From Klebsormidium nitens (Eukaryota; Plantae; Klebsormidiophyceae), in contig DF237570.1 of assembly GCA_000708835.1 (NCBI GenBank), positions 1-50,498 of the forward strand: a stretch of DNA of 50,498 bases, read 5' to 3'. The position numbers were made by a program, and so were the translations under genes. A model generated the notes under the pieces. It was not told the DNA's origin and searched no databases. It saw only the letters and a list, made by a program, of their open reading frames with translations. Position 1 is the stretch's first letter, and the number at the start of each line of letters is the position of its first letter. Positions 23,530-35,000 of the stretch are shown piece after piece.

Positions 23530-25467
23530 CTGCAAGAAGGTCGGTTTTTGAGTCAATCCGTGTGCTTATGAAGCACATAAAAGATGGGACCCGGAATTTG
23601 TGCTTGGTCAAAGGCACTGACTTTGAATACACCATGATTACCTGAGCACAGTGCTGTTTCACCAGTCATAAGTGGGTTTCAGTCAACCAGGATTAGTGTA
23701 GGCAGAACCCCTCGTCTGGTGTAAGTAGGGGCAGTCCGCAGGAGGTGAAAGAAAAATCAAGGGGGTTTACCAAATTAAGAAATAGTTCCATAAGTGGCAC
23801 TAAAGGGCCATTGAATGGGGTGGATACAAAAAGGAAAACAAGGAGCAGAACTGCGAGCTTTGGAACGGGAGGACATTTCTTGCCAGGTGCAGCCAGCGGG
23901 CGCAAAAGCTTTACCAGGGACAGACTTCGATTCCTGGAAACAAGTGTAGATTGTTGGGGTAAAGCTGTGTGCATGCAGACATGTTTCTCAAACAGAACTG
24001 CCCAAGCTGCCGCTGAGGGGTCCTGAAACCAGATTTTTCTTTCCACAACCACTGCACTTCCTGCATGAATTTGTTTCTTAAACAATTTGGAATTTAAATG
24101 TGCTGTGATGCAATGCATCAGAGTTCAGCATTGTGTGAGCACACACTGCCTGGAGCTAACACTTACCAGTATTAGCTTACAGACAGTATACTTTCACCAG
24201 ACAGCACTGGGTGCATAAGCTAAGAACTGACAAGAGATATAGACTCGTCTTAAGTAGCGCTCAACAAACGTAGGCAGTGCATAGGTGGGAGCTGCTAATC
24301 ACTTTGAAATACAGGAAATGCAGGTCCTAAAGCAGCAAAATTGATTGCAGCACCCAGGAAGAAGAATCACAGAAGAGGCGCAGTCCTAGGTGTTGATTCG
24401 TATCCTCTGGGAAGCAATAGATCCAAGCAAAAAGATAAGAAACTTTTGCTGCATTGTATCAAGAGCACCGGAGTGAGAACCTTACCTTTGACGGAGTGCT
24501 CGCAAATGCAGAAGATGAGCTAGTGAGACGTGCTGAGAAGGGGTTGTCGACAATGGAGCAAAGACACTGATCGACACTTCCCCTTTCAGTGAGATGTAGC
24601 TAAGGGAGAACAATGAGAGGATGCTGGAAATCCCAAGCGAGAGCTAGCACAAGAACCCTCTGCAAAATCCTAAAAAGGTCCAGATTCCGAAAGCACTTTT
24701 GCACTTTTCAATCCTCTGCAGGGATCAAGCTAGGCTGTATCCTACGATGTCGTAATCTCTTCATTCCGGCTCCTAGCTGTGCAGTGTGAGCTGCTTCTGT
24801 GACTGCAAAAAGATGCTATTCTGAGGAATGTTGTCATTGAATCTAGCTCAATCAGTGCACGGTGGCCACATCCTGACGTTACACGTAGGGTGAAGTGTTA
24901 TGCGTGTATACTTTTAGCCACAGGAACTGTGTGCCGGCTGCGCGCACGCGCACGTACATATAAGTACGCCTGAAAATCGACGGCAGCTAGGCATCGACGA
25001 ACCGCAGAATCTTGAGTGAAGGGTCAATAGCTTGCCAAGTGGCTCAATGTGAGCGGGCTGTACAAGAGCACTCTAAAAGCTCCCCGCAATGCGCATGCAG
25101 CAACATATCAGCACCTAGGAAAAGGGTCAGGTTACAAAGTTCCCTGATTGTACCTGTGCTCTAACCGGGTTTAGAGACGTCAGTTCCTCGGGGGCTTTGT
25201 TGCTTATGCAGGTCTGTGGCTTTTACTATTAGTGAAAATGTGAGTGTTTGCTATATGCTCACTCAGAGTCAGAGACAAGTTGCCTCGCAAGGAGTTCTAA
25301 GCGTTCAGCTGCAAACAACCCTCGCAAACACCACGAAGTTGCAATCAACACGAATACTGACAGCACAGTGCTATAACATTGCTGCGTCGGTTGCGTGTTT
25401 CTGTGTTCAGCTGCCAGCCTGCTGCATCCGGCTGAGGGCAGCAACTCTCCGGCGTGAGATCCACTAG

Positions 25468-28400
25468 ATGGCCGGGTTCCAGAAACCCGCGACGCCCGAG
25501 CGGAAGCCAAGGGGCTGGCATGCTTTCACTGCTTCCCAGCGCGGTTCAAGCAACACCGCCGTTGAGGCGTTTCCAAGCTTGAGCCCAATGCAGACGGCGG
25601 CTCCAGATCTCAACCCGAGCCCCTCACAAAACGCTCCCCGTCGGAATGCAAGGTTTTCTCAGGGGGTTGACGGCAGGCGTGTCAGGAGCAACTCGCCGCC
25701 GGCAGTCGGTGGGCGCGTGCAGGGCAGGGGGGGAGTTTTCCAAGAGAAGGCGCCCCCTGCTAGAAATGGATCCCACGGTGGGAATGTTGTTTCAGGGGCC
25801 AATGGTGCGAGCGGGTCAGAGAGCGCCAGCTGGCGGCGGCGGGTTAGTGGTGGTGACATGCGGGGAGAGGCGGTGCGGCGGGTAAAAGGTGCGTACATCA
25901 GATACCAGAATGCGCTAGAATGTTGCAAAGCTGAGGACAAAGTGGCAAGAATACTCAGAAAGAGACGGCAATGCACTCTTGACCGACAATGCTTGGTTGG
26001 AAGCAAAGGTATGTCTGAGCATGCCTACGAGACATTGGGACTGCTTCATTGCCAGTGTTCGCAGGGTGGTACATGTGTTCTGCTCGTGAAGAGGCGCAAA
26101 TGTAAATGCAAGCTTCACATGCTAACACACAGTGTGTGCTGAGTGGATTCGCACCGCCCCGCATGCAAACGGTGGTTACAGACGGATCATCTGATGGCGT
26201 GCCAGCTGCATTCGAAAATATCCATGTGTGCACTAGTCTGAAGTGTCCGACTTCCTTCAAGGTTGGAGCTTTGCTTGCCGACACTCTCCAACAGGCCCCA
26301 GGCGCAGCTTTTTCTTGACTGTCGAGTTAATGAAAGGGTGCATTGGTTTACATTTCCAGGCAGTGACGCCGCTCAGCGTCGAAACAGCTCTAACAGTTTC
26401 TTGGTCTGGACCACCACCGTGCTAAACTGACCTTTGAAATTGCACAACCAGTGAGACTGAGGCATTTTTGAAAGACCAGATTGGACGTTGCAATCAAAAC
26501 GTGCTCTGAGCATCATATGTTGCAACTGGATGACATGTTTGTCCTAAGCCCACTTTGAAAGCTTTTGTTGATCCATTCAAGATGGTTTTCTGCCTTTGCA
26601 GCCGTTGCTCCATCTGCGGACTCCGCCTTGATCCAAGACCTGCTAGAGGCGCTGAACGGTGATGTCACCGCTGTCATCGCGCAGCTAGAGGAAATGGGCC
26701 TCTGCGAGTCGGCCCAGAGTGACGTCACGACCGCCCATGTCGAAAATGGTTTAGGAGGATTAAGCCTGGTTAATGATGAAAGTCGTGAAGGTGCCAAAAG
26801 AGGGGGATCCCTCAGGCGGAGCAGCAGGAGCGAAGGGGAGTTGGCGGAACTAGAAAGAGGGGCTTTTCGGGACGGGTTTGGAGACGCAGGCTGGGGGGAT
26901 CAAACAGGGGATGGTAGGGAGCCGGAGCAGGACCCGTATTACAAGTATCGAGGAGAGGCCATCCAGATATCGAGGTGAGCTCGATGATTGTTGAGCCCCC
27001 TGTAGATATGCATTTAATGCAAGTGGAAGGAGTTATTCACCAGACAGCTTCGAAGTACAGGTTTTCCGAGGTTCAGGTATGAAGTTCGTTCTATTACGTT
27101 GCTGATGATGTTGCTTCGAATTGCTTTGACTGAACAGTCCCAATCTCACTTGCAAAGTCCAGCGGTTGCTGGAAGGGGCTCCAGTTAGGGAGCTGGCACT
27201 TGAGTGCACTGCTTAGAAGACACAAGACCTTGTGTAAACCAATTTCTCATCATGCTTAGGGGTCGCGCCAGGCACTTCAAATAGATTTTTCTACCCGCTT
27301 TCTTTACTCTCGTAGGTACTCTTCTTACTAGCTGATTTTTTTTTTTTTTCAGGCTCTTGAGCTTCTTATACCTCATTACCCCTTTATTTCTCCCGTAAGC
27401 CCCCGTTTCATCTTTCCCAGGGGTCGCGCCAGGCACGCAAAGAGCGCCGCGAGTGCATTCACATTGGGCGACCACGCGCGAGCCCGGGAGCTGTCCCGAC
27501 TGGCGCGGGAGGAGGGAAAGATTGCGCGAGAGTTGCACGCACAAGCCGCTGAAAAGATCCTGCAAGAGCGAAACGCGGACAGACTTGGGGGAATATGGGA
27601 GATTGACCTGCATGGACTCCATGCAAACGAGGTGAGGAAGCGGGATAGCTGAAGGATTCTGGTGGGATGGTGGGAGGTACCCTCGTGAGGGATAAGCTAT
27701 TGGTGGGATCTGGGGGCAGAAGTGCGTTGCTCTCAAAATGAGTGGTCCGGAGGAAGGGAAGGTTTAAGAAAGACAGGGACGAGAAAGGGGGGCTGTAACG
27801 GAGCATTGCTTTGGGCATTACGCTGACTCACGAGACAAGATGATATGAACGCTTTCTCTTTTAAACTACACGCCAAGCAGCCAAATGAGATGCAGCAGGT
27901 CAAAAGCTTACAAGAAGACAATAACGAACGCTTATCGGGCTCCCTTTTGTTGCAGGCCGTATTGGCACTCGCTGCACGGCTAGAAGAACTAGAGGCGGAG
28001 CTTTTTGCCCTGCTGAGCTCGCCCGCGGGAAGCATCCCCTCCGGTGGGAATGCGCCCTGGAGCGGTGTAACTGCGCCTAGCGTCTCGTCGGGCGGCCGAA
28101 AAGCGTCCGAAGGCGTCCCGAAAGTGTCCGAGTTCCCGTCGTTCCGGAAGGAGCTGATGGTCATCACAGGTGGGCTGATCAGTTTGTGCGATGCGCTTTC
28201 GACAGTCAATTCTAGGGGTCATTTGGAATGTGCACTACTTCGCAAACTTGCTGACAATAGTGTTTCCTTCGGTTAATTCTATAAAGAACGGCTTTGGAGA
28301 GACGCCGGCACAAGAGTAGGTTAGCAGCGCTGGTAGTAGTACAGCCCTCTCGGAGTATTCTTAAGCCGTCCGTTAGTGAATTCCGCTCACCTTCCTGTCC

Positions 28401-28954
28401 TTCCATTTTCCGCGCTCGTTGATGATCATGTTGAGGCCCTTCTGACAATGGGTGCATTAGTATTCTAAGAGAAGCGCCCTCACGCCGATTCCCGCCTCGC
28501 TTCATCTGAATATGTTGATGTGAAGATGATGAAGGGATCCCGCGACGAGCCCGCTTGAACCAACTCTAGTCCTCGAAGTCAGCCCCAAAAAATTCACTCG
28601 TTTGGTTGCTTTTATGCGTGTGAAGCATGGGGTATGCCTTCTGACTTCCTTTCCGTTTGTGCGTCCGATTGAAGAGGTCGTTCCCACAACCGACATTGTA
28701 AGTTGCCCTACCGATGCGGCTTGACTCCCGAACGCACAGTGGAGATTAAATCGTTAAGACACAGTCGCCATGTTGTTGGGATATCCCAAGTTTACCCGTC
28801 CGTCCGTTACCCGTTCGCAGAAAACCATCAAACTCTTGAATATTGATATCCGAAAATCCTAACGTCACTGCTTTTATCCTGCAGGGTTGGGCAACCACAG
28901 CAAGGGCGGTCCGACGCTCCCGTCGATCGTCAGCAGCTTCTTAACCGAGAGCGG
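25468..28954 (+). CDS. CUE-like + DUF1771 + Smr domain protein (plant At5g23520-like / N4BP2-Cue2-type putative RNA endonuclease). Exons: 25468-25888, 26602-26974, 27421-27631, 27956-28169, 28885-28954; final exon not located
   Basis: N-terminal GWHAFTASQR...EAFPSL; CUE-like ADSALIQDLLEALNGDVTAVIAQL; DPYYKYRGEAIQISR; AASAFTLGDHARARELSRLAREE..AAEKILQERN; Smr motifs IDLHGLHANEAV and LMVITGLGNHSKGGPTLPSIVSSFL. Phases consistent. Confidence 0.85.
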
Positions 28955-31599
28955 GTGAGCGTCAAGTTTGAATGTCACAGTTTGTGAGCATTCTCTTCGG
29001 TGTCTGATCATTGGGCGAGCAAAGGGCGGCGGGGGTCAAGTACGAACAGATTGTCTGGTATGTTTGCGAAAGCAAAAGCCTTTCCTCTTTAAGAATGACG
29101 TACTTCGTTTTGAGGCCTCCCTAGAAAAAGCTGTGAGGAACACGTTTCCAACTAAACCATGCGGTATCGAATGCTTGTTGTAATGATTATGGGTCTTTTG
29201 GCAACTCTGTTATCAGCGCCCGTCGTCAATCTCTTCTTCGCGAGATTGAGCACAATCATTGAAGCACTAGATGTCTCGTTTGCGTCAATAACCCGGCTTT
29301 ATTGTTCCCTTTGCGCAGATATCTGTTCCGCCAAGCACGCGCGGGTGTGCTCGCCGTTCGCCCGCGCTATAGGTATATAAAAAGGCAAAGTTAGTGCCAG
29401 GGTTTGGGTATCAGAGTATGCGAGGAACATTTTTTTGTCGCAAGTATTGATTGGCAACATTTGCAAGACTTGTTTTCGTCGGAATTGGGTCACCAGTGTG
29501 CGACGCTCTTGAACACCATCTGTCTTTTGATTGCTGAAGTCGATAATAACGGTAATCAGGTCGTGGAGAACGGAATTCTTCCGGTCTCCGATGCCCGAGC
29601 CCCTTCCTGACAGCGGGTGCATATGTTCTTCAGATCTTCGCATTTGCGACCACTGCAATGTCATCTGTTGTTCCGTTGAAAGCACATGCAAATCGGTGGA
29701 GGATATTCAAGGCTTGACTGTGAAATCCATTGTGAAGAGGTGGTTTCTAATCTTGCAACATGCAATCAATCGAATGGCAATCCACTTGCAGATGAAAATG
29801 CCAATCAAGAAAGTCCAAACATTGGGATCCTCTTTTGTGTTGAGATTGAGGAAAAGCGTTCTGACCATTTTGCTAAGACGTGTTTCAGCGAAGTCTTTGC
29901 GGCCCAACGCTGGTCGATTATTCTGAGCTCTGTTTTGTTTCATGGGAACTGAAGTATTGAACAAGTCCTTAAATCTGAAGGAAGACTCGCGAGCCGCGAG
30001 GTATTGAGGCGTTGAACGGTATGCAAATCTGAACTGTGTTGGGGAATTCCAGGTTTGCAAGTTGTTCAGGCTGCTTTAGAAGTCATCACGCTCGAGCTTT
30101 TCCATGTTTGTTGTCAGAACAAGCAAGCAATCGTACCCGTAGCTTCCGGTGGTAAATGCTGCTCAATGGCTAGAAAGCTGCATGATCAATTCACTAGCTT
30201 CCCGTGATTCTGAAAGAAATCAGTGATTGCCTCCCTTATTGACATGACATGTTCCTAGAACGGCAAGGCGTTTTTATTCGTGATCCTATTTGCCGAAACC
30301 CTTACCGGATTGACCGCACTGACCGAGATCGAAACTTGAGCGAGTAATCCCCTACTAACCCCAGCAAATCATCTGCTTCAATCACGAGAGACTCTTGACC
30401 CCATAATAAACCCTTCATCGCAAAACTTCAAGGTTGAGGACATTCTAGTTGGAACCCGGCCGTAATTGACTATCCGCTCGTTCTACCGGGCCCCTTCCAG
30501 TCTCCTCATAAACGTTCCGGAGTTGAGACAAGCTCGCATGATGCTTCTTTCTGTCGCGGGGTACGAATCTTCCCTCGTCCCTGTTCCACTCTTTCTGGTC
30601 ACATCATAGTTTCCCGAACATTGCGGGGTCCAACTCTTCCTGCGTTCTTGTTCCATTCTTTATGGTCACATCATAAGCATAAGCATCCCGAACATTTCGA
30701 GAACCGAAAAGCAGGAAATACGGAGCCGCCGCCTCGTTAGCGCCGCTTTCGTCGAGTCCAATGCGGCAGTCTTCTTGAGCGCAATCTACAATACCTCTCA
30801 AATCAAGAGACGACCGTTAGATTGGAGTGTCGCTTCGGCCAGAGTCACTGGGCGCCGTCGGAATCTTGGGAGGCGAGCACGACCGCTTGTTTAAGGACGA
30901 CGTTTGCGACTTGGATTGAAACGTTGTGGGTCTTTTCAAGGGCCAAGACTCTCGGTCACAGAGTAACCCCAAAACAGGCCCTGATGTGACTGTTTGGGAA
31001 GCAGGTCGATAGCTTCACTCAAATGGTAAAGTCAGGAATTGTAGGTCTGTAATGCGCTTACGAAGCTACGAGTGATGTGACAGACTTTCGGGTGCTCTCT
31101 GCTTGCAAGGGTCTTGCTTCCAGTCCGAACGTTGTGCAAAGTTTTCGCGGCACGTTGTAATGGAGAAGGCGCCTGGATTTGCGCCCGGAAAAGCTAAAGT
31201 CTGGCCGAGGAGCCCAGAAGACTATTTTCAGAGCGCTCTAAAACTCAGGGCATCGTTTGATGTCTAGAGGACGGGGTGGTCGGTATGACTGGGAGAGTGG
31301 AACAGGAGGTGTTGACTGAAGGGCGTGTCAGCTTTGGGCGCCAGCTTCTTGTGACAATGCTCCTTGGCGTTGTTCAGATTTTGGATACGAGAGCACTGGG
31401 AGCACTAAGCAAGGTTTGATCGATGGTTCTTCTTGGGGGACGTCACGTCAAGAGGCTAACGATCTCGCCGTCCCGATTTGGTACTTCAGAAAGCATGCGG
31501 GCTTCACGCGACGTTAGATCTACTAATCCGCTTGTGTTCTTCGTTGCAAAGGCTCCTGTAACCTGTCGACAAGCTCTTATATCCCGTTAACAAACTCTT

Positions 31600-31920
31600 G
31601 GATCTTTTCAAAGGCCTTGGAGCTTAGAGCCAGACCTTTCAGAAGCCTCTTAGATTCTGGAAGACGCCCTGACACCTTGGAGTTTAGAGCCAGATCTTCT
31701 AATAGCCTCTCAGATCCTTTCAACACGCCCTCAAATCCTGGAGCTTAGAGCCAGATTCAACGAGAGGTCAGCCAGCTCCACTTTCGTTGGATAACAGACA
31801 TACACCCCGCCTGTCCTCTTCTTCCAAAACCACATTGCATCCTGGCAAGAAGCTCTTAGATCTTGTCAACAATCTCTCAGGTCCTTTCAACAAGCCTTCC
31901 AGATCTTGGAGCTTTGAGCA
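31600..31920. repeat. Degenerate ~60-nt tandem repeat upstream of the CCCH-PARP gene
   Basis: tggagcttagagccaga-like cores at ~31618, ~31678, ~31738 and a further degenerate copy near 31905; no continuous ORF. Confidence 0.7.
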
Positions 31921-32031
31921 TAGTCCCTCTTAGATTGTTAAGTTTTTAGAGTTCGGAGCTTATGCCTTAGTCCCTCAGGTTTCAACACCAAGTCATCAGC
32001 GCCCATTCCCTTTAGCGACGCTCCAAACCCA

Positions 32032-35000
32032 ATGTCCTCTTCCGGCAACGGGGCTCCTCCCCAACGGAGCCTCCGCCACGTGTTCTCCAAGCCAAAAGAG
32101 AAGCCAACCGAGGTCACTGACGCGGAATGGTACCTTGCCAAGTGGAAAACCAAGCCATGCCAGGTAGATCCCCCCGTTTGCTCGCACTCCCTGTTTATCC
32201 TGTCCGCTGAGAGTTACTGAATGCCTTCAATCAGCACAATCGAGCCTGTTTTGCATCTGGACAAAGCTTTGCTCCACTGTCCTCGGTTTTGGAATTAGAT
32301 CCACAATCTCGAGTGCTCAAACAATGGTGACCAGGCAATCAAATGCCCAGGAAATGTTGATTATCGTGCCCCTGTTAAGGCTATTGTTCCAAACTTTATA
32401 GGTGTAAAACTCACGACGGTTCTGAATGAAAGAGACAAATATCAAAACAAACGAGCAGACGATGCGGTGTCTCTAAATCGTGGTGATTCACCTCTGCCAG
32501 TTCACAGTCTGCCCCAACGCCTGGGGATGCCCGTACGCGCACGGCGAGAACGAGCGGAGGCGATCCCCGGTCAGTTTTACATATAGCGCAGAGGCCTGCC
32601 CAGACGCACCTGACTGCCCTCGGGGGGACGAGTGTGAATTGGCACACAACTACAACGAACAAGCGTTTCATCCCAGCGTATATAAGACGGTGCCGTGCGC
32701 GGACTTTCCGTGGCACTGCAACCAGGGGACCAGGTGAGAAAGCTGGGTGTGACACGTGGCAGGATTGGACTGTTTGTGAAGGTAAACGAGCTTGCGTTTG
32801 ATGCTCTCTCGCTGTCCAAATCGATTTACATCAACTAAGAGAGCAGGTGAGGGCTCTAGATGTGACACGTGGCAAGATCTGGAGACCTGGGTTGGGTCGT
32901 GAATGGTGCAGTTCTGTGGCTGTTTTCCTGGTACTGTTTTGGTGCAAACACGTTTGGGACCAAGGACTAAGTCCGCATCAACGTATCTGCTCTGAGGGAA
33001 ATGTATGATTGTCTCTGTCGAATTCCGGAATGAAGGGTCACATCCATGTGAGAGTCTGTCGTGTCTTTGACTGAGGACTTTCGGCTCTTTCTAGCTCACA
33101 ACAGGATGCGTTCCTATCCAGAGTGTTTGGCAGTCCATCCATTGCGCGTCAGTTTCTTTGGCAGCTATAAAAAATGGGACCAGAGAACTAGCGTAACTCA
33201 TCGTCCACTTTGTTGTCGTCTCGATGAATGTCGTTTGACAGTACTTGGTCCGCAAAGAACGAAAATTGGAAACGGCTGTCTCATTTTGCGCTTGTAAACG
33301 ACAGAGGACGTTCTTTGACAGCGCCGCGCTAGCCCTCAACCAAGCAGTCACGGCAGAGACCACAAAATGATTCAGAAAGTGGATCCTCATTTCTCCATAG
33401 CATGCCTGGAGCTTTGTTCCTAGCATCTCTAAACCCTTGCTTCGCGAGTGTTACCCGTTCTTTTTCTTTCCTTTGGAAGACTTCGGCAAGATGCAAATCA
33501 GCTTCTGCTGAAGAGGCAAGTAGTTTTTGACACTCATCGCGAAGCGCTGTTTTGACCCCTCTCTGTGGCAGGTGCCAGACAAGAACTTCCTTGTTGTCCT
33601 TGTTGCTCGACACAAATGCAAAGTCATCTTCGGCTTTTCATTGGTCAATCCCTCTATTGCCCGGTTGCACGTCGACATTCCACCTCCCTGCTCAACGCAC
33701 AAGGAAGATAAATAGAAGCAGCGGAAAAATGCGCAAACCCTACAAAACATCGAAAATCTTGGGGAGACCAAACGAGAATCTGTCTTCAACTCAGGTGTCC
33801 GAATGCGCACGGCTACCGTGACATGCGGCGGGCCCCTTCCGCTGGGCGCACTCGCCCCCGGCGTTCCGTCTCCGTTGGGGGGTTGGCTGACGTCACTCCT
33901 CCTCCACGCCACGTCAAGACCATGTCCAACATACCGGGGGATCGTACCGGGCGCTTTGGCGGGCCGACGCCAGAGGATTACGAGCGGGCTTCGAGCGGGT
34001 TCAAGGAAGGTTACGAGCCGGTTTCGAGAGGGTTAAGGGAGGGCTACGAGCCCCGGATTATCCCCCAGGAGGGGCCCGGTAGAACCAACCGGGGTCCGGT
34101 TCGAAACGGGCGGGGCAATAACACCGAAGAGGAGACCGAAGAGGACGACACGCCGCCCGCCGCGGGCGGCCAATCAGGGGGCTACACGTGGCAGCAGACG
34201 CCCGCGGAGGTGCGCGACGTGCTCGCCGCTGACCTCATCAGCCGGATGGTGACGCAGGCAGCGGAGGAGTCCGACTTGGAGAGGGCTGCCGAGAGGGCGC
34301 CACGTAGGCCCCCGGAAAGAACTTCCCGCAGCGGGGGGGCCCCGCGGCGGGGCAATGCGGGGGAGGGGTTCGTGAGGAGCGCGGCCCGAGAGATTGACAC
34401 GTGGGCCGTGGACAGCAAGGCGCAGAACGGCCACGTGCGCAGCTTTTCGGCGTTCAGCGTGCGAGGCCGTCAGTACGGACCCCCGGGGGATCCCCCTGAG
34501 GAGACCCCTTCGCCCCGGGAAGAAAAGCGTCCCCTTTCCAGAGACTCGTATGCGTCCCGCATCCGCGACCGGGGGATGAGTCTTGGAGGGGATCCCCCTC
34601 CCAGAGATTCGTATTCTTCTCGGGGGGTGAGTCTCGGGGGCGAGACTGAGTGGCAGGCCGAGTTGGCGAGCCTGCTGCGGCGCCACCCCAGCCGGGGAAG
34701 GGACCGGGGGATCCCCCTGGGAAGGGGTTCGTCCGTCCCGCGAGGCATGGAAGAGGAGATGAGAGCCTCAGCGAGAGCCCCCAGTGACCGGTGGCGCGAC
34801 GCCTCGCGCAGCCCAATGACACGTGCGCAACAGTTGCAGGCAAGGGATAAACAAGCTCACTGTAGATACACGCGCTGCTTATTCAGATTCATATTGCGAA
34901 CGAGGTTTGGTATCTAAGGTGGTCAGATAAGGGATCTGCGACCGTGGTCGTACAGTTGCTGGAGTATCCCTTTTGCTACAGTTCAGCGTCATCATTTGGC

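Noticed and set aside
23600-25400. ORFs in the divergent DLH/Smr intergenic region
   Set aside because: They are short, motif-less and lack coding bias; likely promoter, UTR or UTR-intron sequence.
27990-28150. ~50-aa low-complexity insertion inside the Smr domain
   Set aside because: As I recall, plant At5g23520-type proteins have a similar insertion at this position, so it is not novel.
28955-31260. Candidate last exons for the Smr gene and ORFs 29159-30060
   Set aside because: No acceptor gave a phase-compatible, Smr-like C-terminus, and the ORFs show no recognisable motifs; left unresolved.
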